Assembly (NCBI GenBank): GCA_016748015.1
Contig: JAAOMT010000543.1
Span: 372,001-436,000, forward strand
Direction of reading: 5' to 3'
DNA length: 64,000 nt
DNA from: Geosiphon pyriformis uo1
Taxonomy: Eukaryota; Fungi; Glomeromycota
Below the pieces are notes generated by a model, which worked only from the letters and a program-made list of their open reading frames with translations, was not told the DNA's origin and searched no databases. How positions within the stretch are numbered: the first letter of the stretch is position 1; each line of letters begins with the position of its first letter. The position numbers and the translations under genes were made by a program. This document shows positions 51,082 through 64,000 of the stretch, in pieces.

Positions 51082-51659
51082 AAAAAGACCAATTCACAAT
51101 GTATAAAGGCAATTATTCAAGTTACTCTATCCCTTATTACTTTTACTATATGAAAGTTATATCAGTTTCAGGTCTTTTTTATATTACTTTCGGCTTCTAA
51201 TTGTAAGTACTCGCTTGCAAACTGTATCGCCACTCTCAAAACTTGAATTTTAGCATTGGTCTGATAGAAATATCAAAATTCTAAATTAGCGAATTTTACC
51301 AGGTGAAAATTTAAACCAATTAAAATCTTGTTTTGACAAACCAATCAGAGAGCGATTAGTATGAAAAATTTTTTCGACCGTATCTCTTGTTTATAAGATA
51401 AACTCATTGTCTAGTGAATCTATTATTTATCAATTATAAAAAACAATCTGGATACTCGCAAAAAAACCTAACACAAGAGAACCTTCACGCTATATGAGTT
51501 GAGATTTGTGTAGAGGTAGGCTAAGTATTTCAAAGGAGAATTTACTGGCTTGAGAGTGCATCAAAATGATCAAAGACTTGGTTTATATTCTCACGGTGGG
51601 ATGCGCCTTTGAGTAAATCTTTTATACGAACAAAAATTAACCAAATTGTATCCTATAAA

Positions 51660-52430
51660 GCTTTTTGTAGTCTACGTGATATTGGAATGGTAAAAACGAA
51701 GGATAAAAAGTTTTTAACTCCAGTCCTATCAACTCCACTCTACCAACATTTGTACTCGGCTATAGATCATTTCTGAAGTGACATGGAAAGATCCTCTAGC
51801 TAGTCAAATGATTCAGAAACCCGCAAGGCAGATGGTACCATCTCTTTTACTGATGATGCAGAGAAAATGAATTGGGGAAGATTTCATCAGAATAGCATGA
51901 TCAATTTACCGCAAAGACGGAAGGAATAGATCGGAAGCTTCTAGAAAATGCCTATTTGGCAAGCTATCGTAATTATTGGTACTCAATATAAATAATGCGT
52001 CCATCTGGTAATAATGGGATATCTTCCAAGCCCATTTGCAATCAGAGTCTGACCCAGCATTTGGGTTATATTGAAGGATTTCCTTTAGGAAAATCCACAT
52101 TCCTCATCTGTTCTGAACGGCAAAGTATTGCTAGTTCAGATCGAGAAGATGACATTTGGCCATCAAAAAGATGGCCAGATATCATGTTTGTGATGAAACA
52201 TGGAGAAAAATTACGAGCTCCTAGAAAAAAACACTACCATATACTGTACATTAATAATTTCTCTTAGTTATCTCACGAAAGTAGAAATCAAGGCTCGTTT
52301 AATAACACTATTGATTTACAATTTTTACCCCGATCGTATTTTAAACGATATCACACTTTGGGGAGTAGGGTGTGCGCAAAGCTAGTCTTTGATGAAGATA
52401 TTGTTGAGGATTATCTATTACGATATTCGA
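51660..52430 (+). pseudogene. Relic of a PD-(D/E)xK (Crinkler/REase-like) domain gene
   Basis: CSERQSIASSDRED..WPDIMFVMKHG/EKNYELL..NDITLW fragments with multiple stops and frameshifts. Confidence 0.45.
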
Positions 52431-53289
52431 AAGCTCGAAAAAATAAAATGGTCGGCGTAAAAAACTAACATCTAATGCTTCTCGTGTAATTGATCAGTAT
52501 ATTCAAAAGGATACCTCAAATTCTGCTGAATTAATTCAGTAAATTAGCAGAAGTGAGAATAGAAGTCTCGTCCAACAATTTCAAGACATCTGAACGAACA
52601 TTATATAAATGTCAACTTTCTCTTACTAAATCTATGCTTACCTTACTCCAAATAAAATCGCGAATTGTCATGATGATTGATAGGCATTAAACAAATCCTT
52701 TGATCGATAAAATCTCCACATCATGTATAAAGGGGTTAGGATAAACGACACCCGAGCCAATGTAATTTATTTTTATATTATCAATGAGATACTCTTGGGA
52801 CAAATTTTGCTGTGTCTTGAATATTAGTAAGAAAATTAAGTTCGCAGCGTTATAATTTATTTTTGTATCGTTATAAAACTGGCACTATCTTTTCGAATGA
52901 CCTATCAGATTTTGGAAACCATTTACACATGGTCAACTTAAAGCTGGGTATGTCGTCGCAAATCTCCGATTATGTAGGAACAGATTTAAATTTTGATAAA
53001 TGGAATATAAATTTTCCTTGAAAAGTGGAAAATTAAAGAGATAGAGTTGCATGGTAATTAGATTGAAAAACAATATCTTTTGAAATCAGAATCGATATTA
53101 TAGTTTACCTTCTTTACCATTTAATCCAGATCAAAAGTTGGTAAGTAATTGATATATTTTTTATATGTAGCCATTATACCTTTAAAACATAGATGCATAT
53201 GAAAGAAAAACTACCTTCTAGTATTCATGTAAAGACAAAACACTCCCTTTGTATATGATATAATAAAATTTTACAAACATATTGACCTA

Positions 53290-54480
53290 CTTTTCTCGAT
53301 ACATGTACAAAAATCTTCTAGCGACGACCATTACCGCCTTTGTGCCTATTTTTTACAAATTTTTGACATTATATCTCACCTCATTTCAGAAGTATTATAA
53401 CTTTTGCTTGTTACGTTCATTGACCGATATTTTCATCTCCAATATAAATCATGTGCAAGGCTGCAAAATTAACTCCGCTTTGGGAATAATGGAAATAAAG
53501 TTTATCACATGGGTTTTCGTTTACATTTCTTAATAACTACTTTTAAGTGATAATCACAGATCTGGAATGTTAAATTGTTTAAATAGATCTTTTTTTTTAA
53601 TTCGGATTGGGTTAAAAAATGAATTTTTTATATATTTAAATAACTAATATTTTAAAACTTAATATATCGCACCAACAACTCTTTCACGCTTTATCTCATG
53701 ATTTCGATAGCGAAGCATATTTTGCCGTATTATGTTCTAATGACTATATTTATAATGACGAAAATTTTTATTGAAGAATTCAACAATCTTAGAATTGCCT
53801 GTTGCCGCTCACAAGCTCAGTCTAAAGATTATATAATTGAACATCATGGGTGAAACATGATTCATTCAAGAACCTAAAAGTTGCCCTATCTTCAAATGGC
53901 TTAAATATGAAAGAATTAGAAATATATGGAATGAGGAATTGCTCAATTGGATAACAATATAAAGTTAGAGAAAGTTCTTAACTGGACAGATGAAACCTCT
54001 AACGCCTTTAAGGAATCTATTCAGGAAATTCTATATTTAATTCGGTTCTTTCACATGCTCACGATTGAATACTGATTAAATCCCACAATGTGAAGCAGCT
54101 TGACCACTAGATTCAAGACAAAGACAACGATACTCATTTTCAACCCAATTTGGAAATAATTTTAATTTATTACTTCGAGCCAGTCAATACAGGAGACTTT
54201 TATTCGTTATGCGATGATAAAGAGTAATACCATAATCAAAGTGAAAGAAGCTGGTCAACTGATTGGGTGTTATATCCCAAAATTTTCCCATTCTACCACG
54301 GTAAATATTTAGATGGAAAAGGAGTTTTATCTTTTCCCTTAAAGATGGCAAAGCTGAAAATGCTAAACTTCGTAAATTTGCTAGGTTATGAATACTTAAA
54401 ATACGCTTTTTTAACTCATAAGGAAAACTATATATATCTCTGTTTTCAAAAATATGGTCTTTTCCTTCTTGAAAATCGGA
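53290..54480 (+). pseudogene. BTB/BACK-TLDc family pseudogene (a second TLDc-like scrap may lie at ~52900-53100)
   Basis: NDENFYIEE, LNWTDETSNAFKESIQEILYLIRFFHM (BACK-like) and SFIFSLKDGKAENAKLR (TLDc-like), with stops and frameshifts. Confidence 0.6.
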
Positions 54481-54576
54481 TGATTTAATCTTTTTTTTTG
54501 TCAACAATAATAAAATTCTTCTAAGAGCAGAAAACTACAACCTAAACGAAAAACTAAAATTTAATTTAATGAAAAG

Positions 54577-54927
54577 TTAGTAATTATCCAAAAAAGTTAA
54601 ACCCGTAATTTGAAATTTTCGATTTTTATTATAAGTGATAAATCGAGTAGGTCCTCGATAACCTTCTATGGAAGCTTCTTCAATTTTTACGGTAAATTCA
54701 TCTCTCCAACCACCAGCGTTCACTTGAGCAACTTTTTGTTGAAATTCCAACAAAACTGGACTGCTTTTATTAAGTCCCAACTGATCACCGACTTTTTGCA
54801 CGGAATATTCGATTAAAGTGTGTTCTCCGCAGTGAGAACAAACATGCTCACAATTTCCACTTCTACAAGCACCATTGCAGGTGTTGTAGCGAGAATTTCT
54901 GTATTCTTTACAATTAGTGCAATACAT
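54577..54927 (-). CDS. Small uncharacterised protein (116 aa) with Cys/His-rich N-terminal zinc-binding region
   Basis: Intact ORF MYCTNCKEY..TCNGACRSGNCEHVCSHCGEH; ATG directly preceded by a pyrimidine-rich AG acceptor (5'UTR intron); GC higher than flanks. Confidence 0.7.
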   Translation of the reverse strand: MYCTNCKEYRNSRYNTCNGACRSGNCEHVCSHCGEHTLIEYSVQKVGDQLGLNKSSPVLLEFQQKVAQVNAGGWRDEFTVKIEEASIEGYRGPTRFITYNKNRKFQITGLTFLDNY

Positions 54928-55099
54928 CTTACGAACAAATAAAAAAATATAAGGAATCAGCAAAAGTTTTAAGACTTATCATAGAATTAAAAAAATATTA
55001 CTTTTTTTGTATATGAAATTTGTTCAAAATTTTATTTGACCGTCGACTGGTAAAGAATAAAACTTTGATTTATGAAAAAAATTCCCTCTCAATTTTTCC

Positions 55100-58000
55100 A
55101 TTACTCAGGAAAAATAACGCAAACCACATCATTTTATAAACTTTATCAATAAGATTTCTAATATAATAACCAATTTTATAATAGCAATACAAATTTATAT
55201 TCAATATATATTAATAATAAAATTAAATAAAAAAATTATTATAGATAAACTTACAACTATATTTTGTAGTACTTTTTTTATTAAGCCAACTATTTTGTTT
55301 TTTTCCCGGTATTAATGATAATTTTTGAATTTTTATTGTAAATAATTTTGGTTATAATTTTTTAGTTATGATTTCAATTTATGATTTTCGATTTTTTGTT
55401 AAAAACTAAGTAAATAATCAAAAGTTTATTTTAAGTTAAAGTTGTTTTTTTATACAAAAAAAAAATCTTATTGAAATTTTTAAATCTTTTTTATAATTTT
55501 ATTTATAACAAGATTTTGAACTTGTATTGCTTTTTTAATAACTTTATTAAAAACATTAGATCTATTACAGATTGCTAAAATTATGAATAAACTTAATAAT
55601 ATTTACACCAGTCCTATAATTATTTCCAAAAACCAATAAAGATTTCAAAAACCAACTTTTGAAAACAAATTTTTTGGCAATATTAATACATTATATAAAG
55701 TTTTAAGAACAAAAAAATCCTTCAATAAACAGTTAAATAAGCCAAAATATTTAATTAAAGTATTAATAAAAATACCAATTTTTACTGCAAAATCAAAAAT
55801 ATATAATCGAAATTTTTTAATAAACTAAAATAAAAACAATAAACACTTAAGTATTTGGAATTATAAAGTTTTTTTTAGCTAAAATAGACAATTTGTAATA
55901 TAAAGTTGTCATAAAATATAATTAAAAAATAATAAAATCTAAGCCAAATATATTGATTTTTAAATGTTAATCTAAATTTTATATTAAAACAGTTTTTATC
56001 AAATTAAAATTTTAAGCCAACAATTTTTTAATAAACTTTTAACATATTTAATCTTTTAATTAATAAAATAAATAAAGTAAACATAATTTTTACAAAATAA
56101 TAAATATTTTTAAAAATTGTCTTATTATTAAACATAAAAATTTTTTTTAATATTAAATAATAATATAAAAATAATATTGTATACTTAGGTAATGGTTGGG
56201 CTGCACTTGTAAAACTTTAATAAAAAAAAATATATTGTCAATTTATCTATAAACAATTAACTTAATTATTATTTATAATATTTAAATAATTTTTGACTTT
56301 ATTTTAATAAACAATTAAATTTTTATTTTTGATAATATTATTAATATATTATTTTTTAATTTAATATTAATTACAAAATTACAATTGATTAACAATTCTA
56401 TTTTATATATATTTAAAAAATATTAATTATTCAAATTAATAACAATAATATTAAACACTAATACATATTTTAAAAACAATATTATTGTTTATAATTTAGC
56501 TAAAATTAAAAACATTAAGCTATAAATTTTTATATTTATACCAAAATTAATATTTAAAAAATAAACAATATTATTAATAATATTATAAAAGCCCAAATAT
56601 TTAATTAAATTGTTAATATAAACAGAAACAACTTTTAAATCAGTTTTTTTTAAGCATATTTTAATTGTTACAAAATAATAAATAATTAACAAATATTAAA
56701 AATAAATAACAAATAGTAAAATTAATATACTATTTATAAAATTATTATTAATTATAAAAGTTAAAACAAAATCAAATTAAACAGAAACTAAACTTTTAGA
56801 ATCTAGTTATTTTTAATAGTAAAAGTTTTTTAATTAAAGTAAAATCATTGCTATTTAAAAACTAATTAATAAAAACAATACCAAATTTTTAATAACTTAA
56901 TTACAGTAAAATAAATAAAACAACTAAAACCATTTAAAATTAAAACTTTATTTCTAAAATGAAAAGATATTTATTATATTAGCCAAAAATTATCTTAAAA
57001 AAAATTAAAAATCTAACTAAAAATAAAAAATATTATAAGAACCAATCTAAAACTTATAAAGTTTAAGTTTTATAAAAAAAATATATATTAAAAACATTAC
57101 AAATATTTGCAAATATTATAATACTAGTTACTTTATTTTAGATTAAATTTGTTAAAAATCTTTAAGTTATAAAACAATAAATAATACAGAAATTTATTAA
57201 AAAGTTTTTGAAGAGATTAACATTAATTTTTAAATATTTATAAATTAAAAAGTTATATTTTTTACATATGTTTTTATAAATAAAACTAAATTGAATTTTA
57301 TAACTAATAATAAATTATAAAACCATTAATATTAAATAGAAAAATTGTTTATTTGAAATAGCTTTTTTTAATATTATATTAACAAAAAATTTAATATTTA
57401 TATATTTTTTAATTAAACTAAACTTATATAAGCAATTCATTAATAAAATTTTTTTTAACAATAAAGATAAATAAATTATTAATGCTTAATAAAACTTCTT
57501 TGGTTTTCTAATTAATAAAAATAGTTATAGTTTTATTATTATTTATTAAAATATTATTGATCTCAAAAAATTTACTAACAATATTTAAAATATGTTAAGT
57601 AATAGTTTTATTATTTTTAATTTAAATTATGTTATTAATAAATATATTAACAATTAAATAAAAAATTATTTTACCTTTTATTTTAACTTTCTTAATTTTA
57701 ATAATAAATTTGAAATCAATTTTGTAATTATATAAATGTTTATGTTTTTTAATTTTACAAAAAAAAAGTCATAAAAAATATACAAAAAGTAAAAAAATTT
57801 TATTTGTTATAAACTGAAAAAATATAATTAAATATAATTTTATTAAAATTTTTTTGGCCATTTTAATTAAAAAAATAAAATAAATATTAATTAAAATATT
57901 TTTTTATTTATAAAGTTTAAGAATTATTAACATCTAAATTTTTTTTATAAAAAGCAAATACAAATTTACTTAATAAATAAAAAATTTATTTATCACTATT

Positions 58001-61000
58001 TTTTTGGTTTTAATTATTTATAATTTTATTTATCTTAAATTTAATATTATTAAGCTCTAAAATCAAATTATTATTATTAATTAAATAATCTAAAACAACT
58101 TTATAAAAAGAATACTTTAGTATAATTTAATTATACAATTTTTATTATTGTCAAAGTTTTCTGTATTTTTTAATAACAGTATTTATTTTGGATGTTTTAA
58201 CTATTTAAAATTTATAGTATTTAAAATTTCCTATATATCTTCTTAATTTTAGACAAAATAAAATCAATATTATAATAACTTAAATCAATTAATAATATGT
58301 TCTGTATTTTAAAAGTTTTAATATTATTAATAAATAAACAAATACCCAAAAGTTGTTTAAATTTAAAACCAAGACTTAATTTTAATTTCATAGTAATTTT
58401 AAATACTAATTGTTTATTTTTGGTACAATTAAATATTTTATACCAAATTTTAAAAAAATTTTATTAACTAATAAACATAAAATGTTTTTTTAAAATAATT
58501 TATATAGTATTTAAATTCTTAAATTCTTTTAATTTATTAAATATATTAGTCATAACTATAGTTTTTAATAAAAATAAATTCTTAAAGTAATTTTATTTAT
58601 TATTATTAATATTTTTAAAGTTGTATTTTTAATAATTTTTATTGGTTTGCTTGAACAAAACATTAAATTAAGTATTCAAAAAATTATCTAAATTAACAAA
58701 TATCAAAATAATTTTGTAATTAAATTAAAATACTTAGATATTTTATATATATATTGTTTAACAGGAGCAATAAAAAAACCTGTTAACAAAAATATAATTA
58801 ATTATCTTTTTTATCTCTTTAAAATTATTTTAAGTCAAAATTTTAATCTTAAAAAAACCAATAAAGAAATTACATAAACCTAATTTTAAATACTTTCTAA
58901 AACTAATATTATATTTGATATTATTTTTGTTAAAATTACTTTCTAAAACCACAAATATACTGGTGTTTATCACTTTGACAATAAAAAAATTAATATCAAA
59001 AGTTTAATCTAATTTTATGTTAAGAGATGTCTTAATATATAAACCAAGTATTATAACTAAAATTTTTTTTTAAACAATAAATAAACGAAAAAATAAATCT
59101 GAAATTTTTAAAACTTAAACATATGTTTAATTAAATTATTGTTTATAATTATTGCAATTTCAGAATCCAAAAAATTCGAATATAAACACATAAACTCTAT
59201 TAAATTTATTTATTATTTATAATTTAACATTATTTTTTAGCTTTGTTTTTGTAATAATTGAAACTATATTATTTATATTTTTATGTTATTTAATAATATA
59301 TTTTTATTTTGTAAGATTATTTATTTCTTTTATATTACATATAATAATTTTTCAAATTAAACTAGTTATTAAAAAAAGATATAAATAATTTGCTTTTAAA
59401 AACATTTTATCAAATTTTATGTATTATTATATTAATAAAACCTAACAGTTTAAATAGTTTAGCTCTAAAACTACCCAATTAAGTAATAACAAAATTAAAA
59501 ATACCAGAGTTTACAGATAATATATTGTTTAAAATTTTATTAGTATTAGATACTAGTATTAAAAATAATAAAGAAAAATAAAATATTTAACTTTATAATA
59601 TTAACATAATCTGGTTAAAAAAAAACTTTAAACTTTATTTTAGTTTATTTAACCACAAAACTGTTAATAAAAAAATAATATTAAATAAAATTCAAAAGAA
59701 ATAGAACCAATTTATTAACCAAAAAAGACTACTTAAATTTAAAATTTGCTATCAAAACAACTAAATACAAGATAAATTTTTTTTAACAAATACAGCTCAA
59801 TTATTATCTAGTATATATAAACAAACTAAGTATTTACAACTAAATATAACTTACACATTTTCTATATGTGACCAGTTATTTAAGCCAGTCAAGACTTTAC
59901 AACTTATTTAATTAAAAAAAACATATCAATATATAAAAAATAAATAAAATTCAAAAATTAAACAAATTTTTATGATTATTTTTTATTATAAAAGTTTTAA
60001 CAAGATTTAAAACTAAAAAATAATTATATAAATATTAATGTATTTATTATTTACTTTTTTTTATTTTTTTGCATTTAAAAATAATTTGTGCATAAAATTA
60101 TACATTATATCTTTGTATTCTATTAGTTTTATTATGCTAATTTAATAAAAATTTCAATATAAATGTTTTTAATTATTAATAATACATTAATTTATTTTTA
60201 AATAATTATTTTTCTTATATTATTAAAGTGTATTTAAAAAATAAAATTTGAATTTTTAAATTACCACAATATTTAGTTATTACAAATTATTATTATTATT
60301 ATTATTATTATAATAATATTAAATTTTGTTATTATTTTTGTAATATTTAGTTTTTTAATTTAAATTAAGCATATTATTTAATTTTTTTGAAAAAATTTAT
60401 TTTTATTTAGCACATAATAAATTTGTTTATATATTGTATTATTTTAAATATTAAACAAATATATTTTACAAATATTAATTGCTTTAAATTAAATTCATAT
60501 TCACTTAACAGATGTTCAAGTTTTAAATTTGTATTAAAAACATAATTCAGGAAATTTGCATTTTTTAAATGTAATAAATAATTTTTTTTATAATTTACTC
60601 TTAATTTGAATATAAGTAACCAAAATTTTTTTCAGTGAGTTATCAGAATTAATTAAAGAAAATCCACAATTTTGGTGGTGTATTAATTTTGTAGCTTAAA
60701 ATTTTGCCTTTTATTATAACAAATTTTTTATATTTTTTTGCTAACTTGGTATTTTTTATAATAATTTTACTTTAATTTGGTTTTGGTTTAAACTAGCTAA
60801 AAAATTACAATAAACAAAATCTTAACTTATTTTTATCAGTAAAAAAATAATCGATTGAATTAAATAAATCATAACCTTAGCATAATTTTCAGAAAAAATT
60901 AACGTTAGTCATTACGTTTTTATTAATAATTATTTTGGCTTTTCATTATGGTATTTTTTTATATTAATGCAAACATAATACAAAACTGTTGTTTAGTAAA

Positions 61001-61450
61001 TGATTTGAATAATTATGGCCAATGTCTAACATATTAAAATCAGCAATAGATAATTTTTTATTAATTAAAGTCTTGTTTTTGAAATGATAATTTGCATTTT
61101 TATTTATAAACTTGAGCTGTACTATCAAAAAAATGTTTTTTTTAGTTTTACTTAAAGCTTTTTGAACATTTTGGTTGAACTACCACAACCACATTTTACT
61201 TCCAAAAAATGGAAAGTTTTTTTATATTTTTATGCAATTTGTTTGATTTTGTAGATTTTTTAATAATAAATTTAGTATACATAAGAATGATGTATATAAA
61301 ATTGAAATATATGAAACTTATATATATTAAATCTACTATGGAGCCAAAACTACAGCATTTTACACTTTTTAAAGCAAGAGCAAGGCAAAAAGATTGTTCC
61401 TTATATTTTGAAATTAAAAAATACCCAAGCTGTTAAAAAATATGTGGACC
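55100..61450. mobile_element. Large hypermutated AT-rich TE relic (probable plus-strand ghost ORFs)
   Basis: About 6.3 kb of extreme AT content with residual coding-like patches (e.g. NNIVYLGNGWAALVKL at ~56170) and very many TAA stops. Confidence 0.55.
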
Positions 61451-62294
61451 AAGAAAAGATAACTTATGTTTACCAAAGGGGAAAGGCCAAAAAAAGCTAT
61501 TAAACGAACATTGACAAAATATTTTCAAGAAGTATAGGCGGTTATTTCCAGGTTCTATCTGGAAATAAAATAACGCATTTTAGTAAAATTCCAATATCTT
61601 AATATTAGTACCAAATAAAAACCATCGCAACCAATAATGACTAAGTGGTTACTTAATGTTCCCAACTAAGTAGCTATGTAATTAGGAGGCCATTGTTGCC
61701 ACTAGAACATTTTTTGAAATCGACTTTCCCATTTTATCCCTTAATTGTCCTGAAATATATTCTGCCAAGTTCCCTTTAGTAAAGACCATTGAATAGTGAA
61801 CGGCAGCTTGGTCAGAATAGTGTTATGATAAAGACTCCGGAATTGTTTGTATGACCACTTCTCTGGTGTGTGAGTATTCAAATATTCCATGAGTGCTATT
61901 GTCGAAGTAGAGTTGTAAAGTAACTAGTAGAAAATATTATTGTCATTTTGAAAAATATTACCTTTATGACCAGAATAATGTGAAATTGGGATGTTAGATG
62001 TCGATATTGTTGTAGAAGTGAATAGAAGGCGCGAAACGTTGAAAAAAAGGCTGAATACATAATAACGATTCAAATTAGAGACAAAGACAGTGAAGTCTAG
62101 AGATCTTGGAAAGATTAATAACAGCATACATGTTAATAAGTTTTTAGTTCATAGCTACTAGCAGCAAAACAGAGGTATTTTTCACTTAAATAATTGTGCA
62201 GGTAGCAAGCAGTAATAAAAGATTTTCGAGTGATGTTGCCAAGTTACCACATGTTAAAATAAATGATTAAATTTCTAATTCTAATTAAGTCTAT

Positions 62295-63260
62295 ATAATA
62301 TTATTTTTATTAACAATTTCCGCAAAGTTCCCAATATCACGATTGAAATCATTCTAGGTGTCCCAAAAAAGTAAGTAACCCGCATTGGGATAGGTGATTT
62401 GGGTAGCTCTTGAATTATTGGTGAGCACCTTTGCTGATGAAACTAGTATATTAACTAGATGGTCATCAGGGTGGCAATATTGTGAAATATGTTAACATAG
62501 CCATCATTTTCAGCGTACCCAAAAATTGCAGCTTAAGAATTCGTTTAAAATAAATTTTTAGCATACTTAGATTTCCTTGATGACTAGTTAATGGTGAAGT
62601 AATAGCACCACCTAAAAGAATGTCTTGATCCTCGGATCCCAATAGTCTGGCAGAAAAATAATCAATCAATTGCCTAGTTCCACTCACAACTGTGACCAAG
62701 TTATCTGGGAATATACTCAGTAAAATTTCTCCAAGTTCTATTAATCCAGGCACAAATACAAAGCCAGCTAACTTTTGCTGTCCATACTTTTTCAAATATA
62801 ATCACGCAACAAGATTTCCACAGAACCATCCAATTAGAATGGCTTTCTAATTGGACAGTCTTAGTTATTATCTTTAAGAAATTCGTAAATTATTATTAAA
62901 ATATATCTCAATAAAACCTTTAAGTAAAATTTTTTATTTATATATTTAAACTTGAAATATTTTATTTATTTATAATGAAAAATTTTCACAAATGTTTTCA
63001 GCATTCCTTTAATTAAAAAAAGCTTTATAATCACCATAATGATTAATAAAGAAAATCCGTGACGGAGAACATGACCATTAGTCATCATTGGCCCAATTTT
63101 AGCAACGGTTTAGATTAAAAATAAACCCATTGGTTTTGCAAATCAAAGATGTTATGAAAGGTTTTTTAAAATACACATTTGCCTTTTGCTTAACAATATA
63201 AGGTTTCAATTCAGCCTTTAACTAACGCAATTATCGTTATTGGATGATATGGACGCAAAA
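62295..63260 (-). pseudogene. Alpha/beta hydrolase pseudogene (tandem duplicate)
   Basis: HGFS fragment; nucleophile elbow decayed to LIGWFCG, followed by YLKKYGQQKLAGFVFV; frameshifting deletion before the acid motif; His changed to Tyr (PNAGY); internal stop. Confidence 0.8.
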
Positions 63261-63623
63261 TACTTCAAATTTTAGAAAGCAATCATTTATATTCTTAGTA
63301 GCTATAAGTATTCATTAATTCCAAAAAAATTTAATATTTGTTTGAAATAAAAATTTAGCTGGCCTTGTTTTTGAAGTTTCTGTTAATAGTCTTGGGTTTT
63401 TTTCCCAAAGTCTCGAATAATTTTTATTTGTTTCACTCGTTTCACCTAACTGAAATTTTCGGATTTTCTTGATACAAAATAAAATGCAATTTAAATTTAT
63501 GATATATAAATATTAATCGGAAATTTATTAATTAAAGAAATTTTATAATAAAAGTTATTAGTTAAAATAAACGATTACATTTCCTTAAATTCTATTTCTG
63601 ATTAAATCTATACAAAATTTTAT

Positions 63624-64000
63624 TTATTGATAAACACCTTTTGATTTAACTTCCATCCTTAAATCTTTTTCCGCAAATTCCCCAATATCACGGTTGAAAT
63701 CTTCATAGACGTTCCAAAAAAGTATATGACCCACATTGGGATAGGTGATTTGGGTAGCTCTCGAATTAGTGGCGAGCACCTTTGCCGATGAGACTGGCGT
63801 ATTAATTAAACGGTCATCGGCACCGAAGATTGCCAGAATTGGGGCGGTAATGTTGCGAAATACGTTAACATAGCCATCATTTTCAACGTACCCAAAAATT
63901 GCAGCTTAATTTTAGCAGAAGCAATATAAGAATTAGGTTTAATCGTTAAAAATAATAATAATCTTTTAAACTATGTAAAAATAATTTTTTAGCATACCTG
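63624..64000 (-). CDS. Alpha/beta hydrolase, last exon (63904-63624); gene continues beyond the window
   Basis: AAIFGYVENDGYVNVFRNITAPILAIFGADDRLI...ITYPNVGHILFWNVYEDFNRDIGEFAEK: catalytic Asp and His motifs intact; intron 63997-63905. Confidence 0.85.

Noticed and set aside
52505-52514. GTATCCTTT U12-type donor match on the minus strand
   Set aside because: No matching TCCTTAAC branch site or host gene nearby.
60287-60312. (TAT)n and other microsatellites (42177, 43727, 45623)
   Set aside because: Ordinary for AT-rich DNA.

Overview
AT-rich eukaryotic DNA with many short GT-AG introns. The gene content (MLKL-like N-terminal domain fused to Sel1 repeats, BTB/BACK/TLDc and methyltransferase relics, PP2A B'') points by inference to an early-diverging fungus, most likely Glomeromycotina (arbuscular-mycorrhizal or Geosiphon-like). 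Apparently intact genes: a PB1-like-domain protein, a signal-peptide-bearing degenerate Hsp70, an OPT oligopeptide transporter, a PP2A B'' subunit, a UPF0014 membrane protein, two tandem uncharacterised paralogs, an MLKL-NTD/Sel1 protein, an Hsp20 with heat-shock elements, a small Cys-rich protein, and the 3' end of an alpha/beta hydrolase. Between them lie pseudogenes, a pogo transposon with intact TIRs, a MITE, and several kb-scale hypermutated, extremely AT-rich relics. Most notable: (1) a spliced micro-gene for a 25-aa heptad-periodic cationic amphipathic peptide; (2) two Fanzor/TnpB C-terminal remnants, one followed by a candidate omega-RNA region; (3) a 388-bp spacerless palindrome made by fold-back of a gene fragment; (4) a probably ATPase-dead, secretory Hsp70 with no HDEL. 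All family calls come from reading motifs by eye; no database searches were run.
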